Source: an uncultured bacterium
GTDB taxonomy: Bacteria; Bacillota_I; Bacilli_A; RFN20; CAG-826
Assembly: GCA_949283025.1 (NCBI GenBank)
Contig: CASDRB010000012.1
Coordinates: 197,384-261,383, forward strand
Reading direction: 5' to 3'
DNA length: 64,000 nucleotides
Shown here: positions 29,948-39,009 of the stretch, piece after piece
How positions within the stretch are numbered: position 1 is the stretch's first letter
Layout: the number at the start of each line of letters is the position of its first letter
The notes under the pieces: model-generated
What the model was told of the DNA's origin: nothing
Database searches by the model: none
Seen by the model: only the letters and a program-made list of their open reading frames with translations
Translations under genes and position numbers: made by a program

Positions 29948-30994
29948 ATGAACAGTTTAGAAATTCTTTCATTAATTATCACTTTTATCTGTTTGATAAG
30001 TTTTTGCATCGTTTTTACATTTTTATTTCGTGCCTATTTTAAAAATACGATAAAAAATATCAATGAAGGAAAAGAAGATATTGAATTAATTGATCAAGCT
30101 GTCATCGATGAGCAAAAAAAACATTCTAAAAAACAAAAAGTTTTAAAAGTAACCGGTAAGGTCATCTCATATACCATATTAGGCGCACTTATTGCTTTTT
30201 TTGGAATGGCCATCATTTCTAGAATAGCAGGTAATACTTTATTTTTTGGAGATACTACTGTAGTAGTTATCGCTTCTGGTTCAATGTCGAAAAAAAATAG
30301 CGCTAATACATATTTGCAAACATACGATTTAAACAATCAAATCGACACATATGATATAATTGGCATTAGCAAATATAAAAATTCACAACAAGTAAAATTG
30401 TACGATGTTGTCGCTTTTAAAGCTGATAACGGGGTCACAATTGTTCATCGCATTATAGATATTCAATATGATGATGATGGTATCGCTTATTACACTACAC
30501 GCGGAGATTCTAATGCGATAAGCGATAATGGTAGTTTATATAATGGCTATTTGACGTATGAAAATCTGGTTGGATATTATAACGGGGTGCGAGTTCCAAT
30601 ATTAGGTTCGTTTGTTATTTTTTTACAATCAGGTTCAGGAATTATTACTATTCTTTCCATCATATATTGTTTCGTGATGTTTGATGTATATAAAAAGAAA
30701 CTAGATGATGCAATTATCAATCGTAGCAATATGCTTATAGAATTGATAGATTATGATCCATCAAACGGCGATATCATTAATGATTTTAAACAAGAGTTGT
30801 ACTATCAAGGAATCAAATATACTTTCAAAGACGGACAATTTATCGATAAGTCTGAAACAATCGACGAACGTTTCAAAGATGTTGATAAAGATGATATGGT
30901 ATTTGTTAATGAAAGCAAAAATGAAACGTCTATTAAAATAAAGAATACTAAAAACAATCACATAAGTGATTTAAATGATAAGCGTGATAAATGA
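29948..30994 (+). CDS. sipW: Sec11/SipW-type (S26B) signal peptidase I with an extra N-terminal TM and a C-terminal cytoplasmic extension of about 100 aa
   Basis: 348 aa. Ser box 'VVIASGSMSKK', His box 'TIVHRIIDI' and 'TTRGDSNAISD' match the Sec11/SipW family (SGSMEP ... VHRV ... TKGDNN..D). TM helices flank the catalytic domain. The extra tail is 'DVYKKKLDDAIINRSN...KRDK'. Ends with a TGA stop. Confidence 0.7.
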   Translation: MNSLEILSLIITFICLISFCIVFTFLFRAYFKNTIKNINEGKEDIELIDQAVIDEQKKHSKKQKVLKVTGKVISYTILGALIAFFGMAIISRIAGNTLFFGDTTVVVIASGSMSKKNSANTYLQTYDLNNQIDTYDIIGISKYKNSQQVKLYDVVAFKADNGVTIVHRIIDIQYDDDGIAYYTTRGDSNAISDNGSLYNGYLTYENLVGYYNGVRVPILGSFVIFLQSGSGIITILSIIYCFVMFDVYKKKLDDAIINRSNMLIELIDYDPSNGDIINDFKQELYYQGIKYTFKDGQFIDKSETIDERFKDVDKDDMVFVNESKNETSIKIKNTKNNHISDLNDKRDK

Positions 30995-31007
30995 GGGGGA
31001 ACACACT

Positions 31008-32819
31008 ATGAAAACACACTTTACACGAAAGAATTTTATCGTCTTATCTTGTGTCTTTTTTTATTTAGTCATCACTGCCTTTTGTGCATTGTGCCTAGAT
31101 GCTAAAAGTTCAATAGTAAGAGACGGCAATCCAATTCAATTAATTGCTAAAGCATTCGGATTTACTTTAGTATCAATTAATTTAGCAACTGGAGTATTAT
31201 GCGCGATGTTAGGAATTTATACATTGCTTTTTGCCGCTGCACTAATTTATGAAACAAGACTAGCAAAATACTATGGTGAAAAGGCTAACTCATTAAAATG
31301 GTTGGGAATTTATGTTATTACTTTTGTAGTTTGTTATGGACTAGCTATCGGCATTGGAGTTATCGCGCATATTCCAGTTGACGCTACTGCATTAGGATAT
31401 TCATTTTCATTTTGTTTACAAGCCTTTTTAATTGGCTTAATTATTTTCATATTTGCGGCAGCATTAGTCTTGTTTGCCCTACTTTTAATTTTGAACATCA
31501 AAAATTATGGAAAGCCATATAAATGGTTTGGACCAAAAGTTGAAAAGGCTGAATTAGATGAAAAACTTCAAGAAAGAATTGAAGAAAATAAACAGATTGA
31601 ACAGGGCTTATTGGCCGCTGCATTTGGCGATGTAAAAGCTCAGGGAGTCGCTCATACTACTGAATCAAACACAAATAGTTCCACTTCTGCAAATTCATCG
31701 TTAGAAAACAATTATAATTTAGTGAAAGAAAGGGTCTTCCCTGGTTTATGCAAAATTGACACTATTCATGAGATTGTTTTGCAAGAAGATTTTGCTAACG
31801 ACATAAACTTAGCCACTCTTTGTGAACAATTCCGAAACTATTTGGCTTCACATGAAAGATTATACTATGATATGCCAACTATTCGCGCTTTTGTGGCAGG
31901 ATTAAGTGCATCTCGTTTAATTATTTTAGAAGGTCTTTCTGGTACTGGTAAATCTTCAATCGCTCGTTATTTTTCTGATTTTATTAACGAAAAGTCATTT
32001 TTTGTTCCTGTTCAAGCTACTTGGCGCGATCGTACATCAGTATTAGGATTTTTTAATGATTTTTCCAAAACTTATAATGAAACCGAATTTTTAAAACATC
32101 TATATGAAGCCACATATCGAGCAAGACATGTCAATATCATGGTTTTAGATGAAATGAATATTTCCCGTATTGAATATTATTTTGCTGATTTCTTGTCAAT
32201 TATGGAATATCCGATGAATGACTGGGTTTTAAAAATAATGCAATTACCATATGATTTTGAAGCACCTCTGCATTTAGAAGATGGTGAACTTCACATTCCT
32301 GAAACGACTTGGTTTATCGGCACCGCAAATAAAGATGACTCAACATATACAATTACTGATAAAGTCTATGACCGTGCTATAGTCATCTCTTTTAGCGATC
32401 GAAACGAACCATTCCAAGTTGTTGGAAAATCTGACCCAATCACTTTATCTTATGATTATTTAATGGAACTATATAATCATGCTCAAAAAGATGAAGATAA
32501 TCGTTTAAATGGCGCTGACATCGCTAAATTTAAAACTATCACTGACCAAATTTATGATTCGTTTGATTTGACGTTTGGTAATCGTATCATGAATCAAATC
32601 GAATTATTTGTTCCAACATTTGTTGCTTGTGGCGGAACAAAAGAAGAAGCATTAGACTTTATGTTAGCCCGCAAGGTTTTAATTAAACTTGATGGCCGCT
32701 TTGAAGAATATGTTAAAAAAGGATTAGAAGAATTATTAAAATTAATCAAAAAAACTTATGGCAAAGGCAATTTTGCTTTGAGCCAAGAATTAATTGAAAG
32801 ATTATTAAAACGCTTCTAA
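31008..32819 (+). CDS. Membrane-anchored McrB-like AAA+ (AAA_5) NTPase: 4 N-terminal TM helices and a Ser/Asn-rich linker, followed by the NTPase domain
   Basis: RBS GAGGGGG lies before ATG 31008 (the track ORF begins upstream at 30975). Walker A 'LEGLSGTGKSSIARY', McrB-type Walker B/sensor 'IMVLDEMNISRIEYYFADFLSIMEY' (compare McrB 'IDEINRAN...GEL..LLE') and 'WFIGTANKDDSTYTITDKVYDRAIVISF' (compare 'GTMNtaDrs...lD.AlrRRF'). The first roughly 200 aa are polytopic membrane. Confidence 0.5.
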   Translation: MKTHFTRKNFIVLSCVFFYLVITAFCALCLDAKSSIVRDGNPIQLIAKAFGFTLVSINLATGVLCAMLGIYTLLFAAALIYETRLAKYYGEKANSLKWLGIYVITFVVCYGLAIGIGVIAHIPVDATALGYSFSFCLQAFLIGLIIFIFAAALVLFALLLILNIKNYGKPYKWFGPKVEKAELDEKLQERIEENKQIEQGLLAAAFGDVKAQGVAHTTESNTNSSTSANSSLENNYNLVKERVFPGLCKIDTIHEIVLQEDFANDINLATLCEQFRNYLASHERLYYDMPTIRAFVAGLSASRLIILEGLSGTGKSSIARYFSDFINEKSFFVPVQATWRDRTSVLGFFNDFSKTYNETEFLKHLYEATYRARHVNIMVLDEMNISRIEYYFADFLSIMEYPMNDWVLKIMQLPYDFEAPLHLEDGELHIPETTWFIGTANKDDSTYTITDKVYDRAIVISFSDRNEPFQVVGKSDPITLSYDYLMELYNHAQKDEDNRLNGADIAKFKTITDQIYDSFDLTFGNRIMNQIELFVPTFVACGGTKEEALDFMLARKVLIKLDGRFEEYVKKGLEELLKLIKKTYGKGNFALSQELIERLLKRF

Positions 32820-32822
32820 TAT

Positions 32823-34184
32823 TTGATAATTATGCAAAAAGATAAATTTTTGGTTAAGATAAATGAATCGTTTATTCAAGCGCTTGGAATAAAGTGCGAT
32901 TTTAATAATGTAATTAAGGCGATTCATAAACAAGAAATATCTCTTTTTAGTCAACATCTTGAATCAGATTTATCATTTTTTGAAGAAATCAATTCTTTGA
33001 TTGATAAAATGATGAATATTATTTATCACCCCCATTTTCAAACGACGACAAATGAAGTTGTATTAAGAAGTGAAATTAGCCAATCTTTAAACCAAGAATC
33101 TTTTATCAAAACCACAAACGATCCATCTCTTTGGAAACAAAAACCAAACAAAGAAATGTATCCAGAATATGTTCATTCTATTGAATACATCGACACCTTG
33201 AATATCTATGAAAACAGGGTACTAATTTATGTTTATGAACAAATCTTAGCTTTTTTAGAAAACTATAAAAGTCAAACGATAACCCAAAATTCTTCTATTC
33301 AAGAATTTTATAAGCAAAAAGGTTTAGTTTTTGCTAAGCACAACATCGTCGATGATTTATTAAAAAACAAAAAAAGGATTGCCGAATTTATTCAAGGTGA
33401 TGAAGAAAAAATAGCGGAAATGAATACATTTTTAAAAGTGTATAAAAAAGCTAAAAGAATTAAATTAACTAGTTTTTATAAATTGCTTCGCCATGAAAAA
33501 ATTGCTCTGCCGTTAATGCCTACTAATATTTTAATTCACGACCTTAATTACAATTCAATTTATCGTTTTTATAAAAAATATCTAGTAGTCAAAACCGAAA
33601 AAGATGGAACTACTTATGAAGAATTAGCAAACTACATCTTCATACGTCTAATTGATGATTTAATAACATCAAAGTATAAATTTAACAAATTTAGCAAAAT
33701 AAAAATAAATCAACTTATTTTGCATCCAACAAAACCATTTGTTTGCCGCAAAGATGGTTTTAGATATTCAATTGATTATCAATTCCCGAATATTGATGTT
33801 TGTGTCTCATATAACAAATCTGCTTTAGCTTTTCATCGTTTAACAATAAGAGATAAATTATCAAATTATAGTTTTATTGATGATCGTGATATCAACACAT
33901 TTTATATCACGCTTAACAATGAATGTGATCAATACTTCAATGTTGTCGATATTAACATTAATAAACAAAACAATGATGAGCATATCTTCGACAATTTATT
34001 CAAATCAATGCGCGTTAATATTCCGTATAAAAACGATAAAGTTGAACGATGTCCAGTATGTGGTGGCATGCGTTTACAAAAGGACAAAAATTATTATTAT
34101 TGCGATAATTGTGGTTCAAAGCTTGCTAAACTAAAAATTAAGAGCAAACCGAGTCTTTGGATACAATCTTTGTGGAGGTATTGA
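32823..34184 (+). CDS. Hypothetical soluble protein with C-terminal C4 zinc ribbon. Genetic partner of the AAA_5 NTPase.
   Basis: 453 aa. C-terminal 'CPVCGGMRLQKDKNYYYCDNCGS'. No recognisable catalytic motif by eye. Starts 3 nt after the NTPase gene and ends (TGA) 2 nt before the ABC ATPase gene. Confidence 0.35.
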   Translation: MIIMQKDKFLVKINESFIQALGIKCDFNNVIKAIHKQEISLFSQHLESDLSFFEEINSLIDKMMNIIYHPHFQTTTNEVVLRSEISQSLNQESFIKTTNDPSLWKQKPNKEMYPEYVHSIEYIDTLNIYENRVLIYVYEQILAFLENYKSQTITQNSSIQEFYKQKGLVFAKHNIVDDLLKNKKRIAEFIQGDEEKIAEMNTFLKVYKKAKRIKLTSFYKLLRHEKIALPLMPTNILIHDLNYNSIYRFYKKYLVVKTEKDGTTYEELANYIFIRLIDDLITSKYKFNKFSKIKINQLILHPTKPFVCRKDGFRYSIDYQFPNIDVCVSYNKSALAFHRLTIRDKLSNYSFIDDRDINTFYITLNNECDQYFNVVDININKQNNDEHIFDNLFKSMRVNIPYKNDKVERCPVCGGMRLQKDKNYYYCDNCGSKLAKLKIKSKPSLWIQSLWRY

Positions 34185-34186
34185 TA

Positions 34187-34969
34187 ATGGCAGATAATCA
34201 AATGTTAAAAATTAACCAAGATATTTTAACTAACAACTTGCCTGACATTGCAATAAGTTTTGAAGACCTTCATAAATCATATGGAAAAAAGGAAGTGTTA
34301 AAAGGAATCACTTTGCAAATCAAAAAAGGCGAGATTTTTGGTTTTTTAGGAAAAAACGGAGTAGGCAAATCCACTACGATAGATTGCCTTGTCGGATTAA
34401 AAGATTATAATTCAGGAACAATTAAAATTTTTGATTTGGATATCAAAAAAAATCCATTAGAAGCCAAGTCTTTATTTGGTTATGTCCCATCTGAACCTAT
34501 GACTTACGAACTCATGAGCGGGTATGAGTATCTACAATTTGTTTCGGCCGCTTATGAAATGAGTCAAGAATCATTTGATGAAAACTATCAATTCTTAAAA
34601 GAAAAATTTGCCATAGGAGACGAGGATTTAAATCGAAGAATCATCGAATATTCTCATGGTATGAAACAAAAGGTTTGTTTGATGGCCTCATTAATTCATA
34701 ATCCAAAATTATGGATTATGGATGAACCAACAGTCGGTTTAGATGTCATGGTTTATGAAACATTATTAAAAATGATGAAGGAGTATTCAAAAAGCGGAAA
34801 TACTATTTTTGTTACTTCACATAACATTGATTTAGTCGCTTCAATTTGCGATCGAGTCGCTATCATTAATAATGGTAATATAGTCAATTTGATTGACTTT
34901 AATAAAGAACCATTAAAAAGAAAGGATTTAAAACGCATCTTTTTTAGGGTGTATGGCATCAATTTATGA
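34187..34969 (+). CDS. ABC transporter ATP-binding protein (NosF/ABC-2 type)
   Basis: RBS GGAGG lies before ATG 34187. Walker A 'GKNGVGKST', signature 'YSHGMKQKV' and Walker B 'LWIMDEPT'. Confidence 0.8.
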   Translation: MADNQMLKINQDILTNNLPDIAISFEDLHKSYGKKEVLKGITLQIKKGEIFGFLGKNGVGKSTTIDCLVGLKDYNSGTIKIFDLDIKKNPLEAKSLFGYVPSEPMTYELMSGYEYLQFVSAAYEMSQESFDENYQFLKEKFAIGDEDLNRRIIEYSHGMKQKVCLMASLIHNPKLWIMDEPTVGLDVMVYETLLKMMKEYSKSGNTIFVTSHNIDLVASICDRVAIINNGNIVNLIDFNKEPLKRKDLKRIFFRVYGINL

Positions 34970-36573
34970 TTTTATCTTTGGTTGGCAAAGAATATGTTGA
35001 AGCAAAAGAAAATGCTTCTAAATCAACCATAGCAGTTAAATGGATATTAACCGTATTGCTATATGCTTTTTTTGTTGCGTTAGAAGTATATATTTTTATT
35101 GCTATAAATAATAAATTGGATGAAATGTCATCATATGGCTCGTTTGATTTTATTTGTGTTTATTTATTTGTCATTACTATTATTTCTTCTATCATAGTCG
35201 TCAATAAAGCCAGAATTTCCATCTTTAAAGAAAAAGATCGGCTTTTATTATCTAAATTACCAATTACAAGTGATGATATCGTCATTTCAAAAGTTATTTA
35301 TATATATTTAAAAGAAGTCGCTAATTCTTTAATATTGGCCGCTCCTATTTTAATAACTTATGGCGCCCTTCACGAATTAAAGACTGGGTATTATATCTTT
35401 TCTTGTTTGTATCCTTTTTTTATTTCTTTTTTTAGCATCGGCGTCACAATGATTATTCTTATTCCATATAACTATATTTATAACTTTTTAAAGAAAAGAT
35501 ATATTTTACAAATTATTGTATCGTCTATTTTAGTTATTGGCTTATGCTTTGTTTATAAATACGTTTTAGAATTATTTTTAAATATTGTTAACAATTCCAA
35601 ATTGGATTATTTATTTTCTGAATCATTTATGGAATCGATCAATAAAACTGCCAGTTATTTGATACCAGTAAGTTCATATTTAAAAATGATTACAATTAAA
35701 ACTAATTTAGTTAGCAACACTTCTATATTTATTGGAGTATGTTTATTATTTAGTGTCATTGGCTTTTTCTTAGCTAGTTCATTATTAAAAAAATCACAAT
35801 TTGCCACTTCTGAAGAAACTTCAAGTGGTAAAATTAAAATCAAAAAGATAAAAACTGCCAAAAAAGCCTTAATTAGCAAGGAATTAATGTTGATTTTTAG
35901 AAACTCTAATTTCATTTTTACTTATACCGCCTTGATTATTATGCAGCCTTTTTTGACGTTGGTAGTCATCACTTCTTTAAACAAATTATTATATGATAGC
36001 CTAGAAATGTTTTTAATCTATTATCCAGAGATGATTAATGGTATCAATATTTGTATTATCTTGCTATTTTCATCTATTATTGGCGCTAGTTCAATTGAAC
36101 CATTATCAAGGGAAGGGAAAGGGCTATTAACCGTCAAACAAATCCCTATTTCTCCTATTACACAAACTTTGATTAAAATATCTATTACATCAATTATCTC
36201 TATTTTTTCTTTATTGATTTCAAATATCGTTTTGATTGGCACTTCCACTATTTCTGCAACTGTTTTTTGGGTTTCATTAGGGATAGGGATTTTGTTCACA
36301 ATTGAATTAAATATTTTGGGTTTGTTTTTAGATTTAAGACGTTTGGATGTTGATAAAAAAGCAAACATGACTTATCTTTCAGCTTTTGTATCCTTTGCTT
36401 TTCCGTTGTTATTAGGGATAATTCATTTTGCTTTAACCTTTATAAGGGTCAATGCCACCTATATTTATTTAATTGAATTTGGGCTAGCAATAATTGTTAT
36501 GATTCCTTTAATTTTGATGTATAAAAAAATAGTTAATGATGGTTTTACCAAGATGAGGAGTGAATTATTATGA
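34966..36573 (+). CDS. Large polytopic membrane protein, probable ABC-2-type permease partner
   Basis: 535 aa with at least 12 hydrophobic helices. Its ATG overlaps the ATPase stop (ATGA), and its stop overlaps the next start. Confidence 0.45.
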   Translation: MILSLVGKEYVEAKENASKSTIAVKWILTVLLYAFFVALEVYIFIAINNKLDEMSSYGSFDFICVYLFVITIISSIIVVNKARISIFKEKDRLLLSKLPITSDDIVISKVIYIYLKEVANSLILAAPILITYGALHELKTGYYIFSCLYPFFISFFSIGVTMIILIPYNYIYNFLKKRYILQIIVSSILVIGLCFVYKYVLELFLNIVNNSKLDYLFSESFMESINKTASYLIPVSSYLKMITIKTNLVSNTSIFIGVCLLFSVIGFFLASSLLKKSQFATSEETSSGKIKIKKIKTAKKALISKELMLIFRNSNFIFTYTALIIMQPFLTLVVITSLNKLLYDSLEMFLIYYPEMINGINICIILLFSSIIGASSIEPLSREGKGLLTVKQIPISPITQTLIKISITSIISIFSLLISNIVLIGTSTISATVFWVSLGIGILFTIELNILGLFLDLRRLDVDKKANMTYLSAFVSFAFPLLLGIIHFALTFIRVNATYIYLIEFGLAIIVMIPLILMYKKIVNDGFTKMRSELL

Positions 36574-39008
36574 AAAAGACTTTATATGTCTTATTAATCA
36601 TTCCTTTCATTGTCGCTATTTTAACTTTTGTTAACATAGTCGTTTTAAAAAACACTATTGGTGTAGATATAATCGGTATCAATTGGTCATACGCTGATGA
36701 AGAAGGCTTTCAAATTCGCGATCAATCATATCAATTGGAAGCCACCCCTATCATCGATCCAAATTATGAATTAAGTGAAGGAAATGATTTGGTGTGGTCT
36801 ATTAAAAATAAAGATGGTTCAGACAACAGTTATGCTACATTAACTGAAAATAATGGTAATTATTATCTAAAAGCTAACTTAGAAGGTTATATTGATATCA
36901 CTTGTTCAAACCGTAAAAATACAGTTTCAAGAACATTCAGTGCTCAAATATTTAAAGATGGTGCTATCATCATTAATAATGCTCAAAATCCTAGTTCAGG
37001 ACAATCTATTTCTAATATAAGAAATTATGGACAATACGATTTAATGTATGGAAATGATAAAAGCGTAAATAAGATTAAATCATCTTTAACATTAGATATT
37101 AATGTTTTATCTGCTGTTCCAAATGATACTTATTACCTTTTAGATCAAAGCGTCAATGTCGCTTTTGAAAATGGAAAAGTCAATTTTATCGGTGTTGGCC
37201 AAGCCTATTTTACCTTAGCAATCACTTCTATGCCCTACATTACATCTACTTATTCTTTTAATATTGTTGAAGATGGTATTAATGTTTACAATTATCAAGA
37301 TTTATTAGAATGCACTAACAAATCTAATGATGGGGAGATTGTTTGTTTACAAACTAATTTGCAATCTTTGCAATATACATATCAAATAGATGCTAATGGC
37401 AATTACACACAAACATATTTAAATAATAATACTAAATTGTTTGGCAATTATGATTTTAAAAACAAAAAATTTAGTTTCAAAGATGAAATTTATCGTTTTA
37501 CCACTACTTATAATCATGAATATATCGATCAATATGTTGAGCAAGCTTACAATAATGACCAACAAAAATTACAAGAATTATTACAAGTAAAAAGCGCAGT
37601 TCATGTCCAAAAAGATTTTTATGGAAATGGCTACACAATTAATACACACGAGGTGTCATATCCTACCAATGGAAAAATCGATCCTTATTCTGGAAAATTA
37701 AAACCTGGTGCAAATGATTTATTCCAAGGTCCGTTAACTTTTGTTTCTTTAGGAAAATTAGAAGCTCCAATAGTAGAAACTTACGGACAAGATAATTCTG
37801 GAATGTATATTGAAGGAAACGATATTACAATCGATGATTTAAAAATCCAAAATACAAACGATGTTGATAATTTATACAATCTTGAATATGTTGGTTCTGT
37901 AATTGATACTTTAGGAAATAATATAACAATTTCTAATTCTATCATTCGCAATGGTAGAGTAGGTTTAAGAGTATTTTCTAGCCCAGGATTTGTTTTAAAT
38001 AACTCTATGATTAGCAATGCTAGAGAATTCTTATTAAAACTTGGTTCTAATCGCTATGTTAAAACAAACGATTCAGAAACCGTATACATCGATTATCGAA
38101 ACAATCGATATTCAGGACCGATTGCCAAGTTTATGAACAATACTACTGGATTAAACGCTGATGTAATAATGGATGATACCATTAAAGATTTTCAAAACCC
38201 CATTGAAACATTAAATGCTTATTATAAAATGCAAAACGGTTTAGACAATCAAGAAGCTTTATATCGTAATGATAGAACTTTAATCTATGAACAAGAAGTA
38301 AAAATAATTGATTCTATTTTTTATACATCCGGATTGTTTGCCATTGGTTTTGATACCAATTTTAATGGACCATATTTATATAATGGATTACCATCATTTG
38401 TAAAAACGATATTATCAAGGTTGGAAGAACAACCAATTGTTCCTAATAATATTGGGGGTACATCTTATCCCACTAATTTAATAATAGAAGGCGACACCCG
38501 TTTTTATGATTATAAAGATATTGATAGCGTCGATTTATCTTGTTTAATACAAGAAAGATTTGGAGAGATTTTACATTCGATGGGCTATGATATTGAAATA
38601 ACTATCGATCAATATTTCCCAGTGAAAAAAATGTTAAAAGAATATATAACATCGCTTCAACATTTATACGCTTATCAAGAAAATGAAAAAAATTATATTA
38701 ATACAATTGTAGCGTATTATGGAGGGGGTAATAATTTATCCAATGTCGATTTAACAAGCACTACTAACCCCAATTATTCTGAAATTATTGAATTAGACTA
38801 TGCTTATGCATCTTTAACTGGAGATGGTTTAGAAACGGGCGAAGATGATTTAATTAATATGGGGTCGGCTTTATTAGCTAGATGCGTACCGATGGCGGCT
38901 GGATTTAACCCATTCAAATTCATTACTAACGGCACTTATACTGATAAGCCGTATTTATATGGTGAAACACCTAATATTGAAGATTTATATAATCGAGGAG
39001 GAAATTAA
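36570..39008 (+). CDS. N-terminally membrane-anchored extracellular protein with right-handed parallel beta-helix (PbH1/CASH, NosD-like) repeats
   Basis: 812 aa. Signal-anchor 'LYVLLIIPFIVAILTFVNIVVL'. Beta-helix repeat signatures 'GNNITISNSIIRNGRVGLRVFSSPGFVLNNSMISNA'. Translationally coupled to the permease gene. Confidence 0.45.
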   Translation: MKKTLYVLLIIPFIVAILTFVNIVVLKNTIGVDIIGINWSYADEEGFQIRDQSYQLEATPIIDPNYELSEGNDLVWSIKNKDGSDNSYATLTENNGNYYLKANLEGYIDITCSNRKNTVSRTFSAQIFKDGAIIINNAQNPSSGQSISNIRNYGQYDLMYGNDKSVNKIKSSLTLDINVLSAVPNDTYYLLDQSVNVAFENGKVNFIGVGQAYFTLAITSMPYITSTYSFNIVEDGINVYNYQDLLECTNKSNDGEIVCLQTNLQSLQYTYQIDANGNYTQTYLNNNTKLFGNYDFKNKKFSFKDEIYRFTTTYNHEYIDQYVEQAYNNDQQKLQELLQVKSAVHVQKDFYGNGYTINTHEVSYPTNGKIDPYSGKLKPGANDLFQGPLTFVSLGKLEAPIVETYGQDNSGMYIEGNDITIDDLKIQNTNDVDNLYNLEYVGSVIDTLGNNITISNSIIRNGRVGLRVFSSPGFVLNNSMISNAREFLLKLGSNRYVKTNDSETVYIDYRNNRYSGPIAKFMNNTTGLNADVIMDDTIKDFQNPIETLNAYYKMQNGLDNQEALYRNDRTLIYEQEVKIIDSIFYTSGLFAIGFDTNFNGPYLYNGLPSFVKTILSRLEEQPIVPNNIGGTSYPTNLIIEGDTRFYDYKDIDSVDLSCLIQERFGEILHSMGYDIEITIDQYFPVKKMLKEYITSLQHLYAYQENEKNYINTIVAYYGGGNNLSNVDLTSTTNPNYSEIIELDYAYASLTGDGLETGEDDLINMGSALLARCVPMAAGFNPFKFITNGTYTDKPYLYGETPNIEDLYNRGGN

Positions 39009-39009
39009 C

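Noticed and set aside
30975-31007. Upstream in-frame extension of the AAA_5 NTPase ORF (MISVINEGEHT...)
   Set aside because: It overlaps the end of the sipW-like gene. The ATG at 31008 has a strong GAGGGGG RBS at proper spacing.
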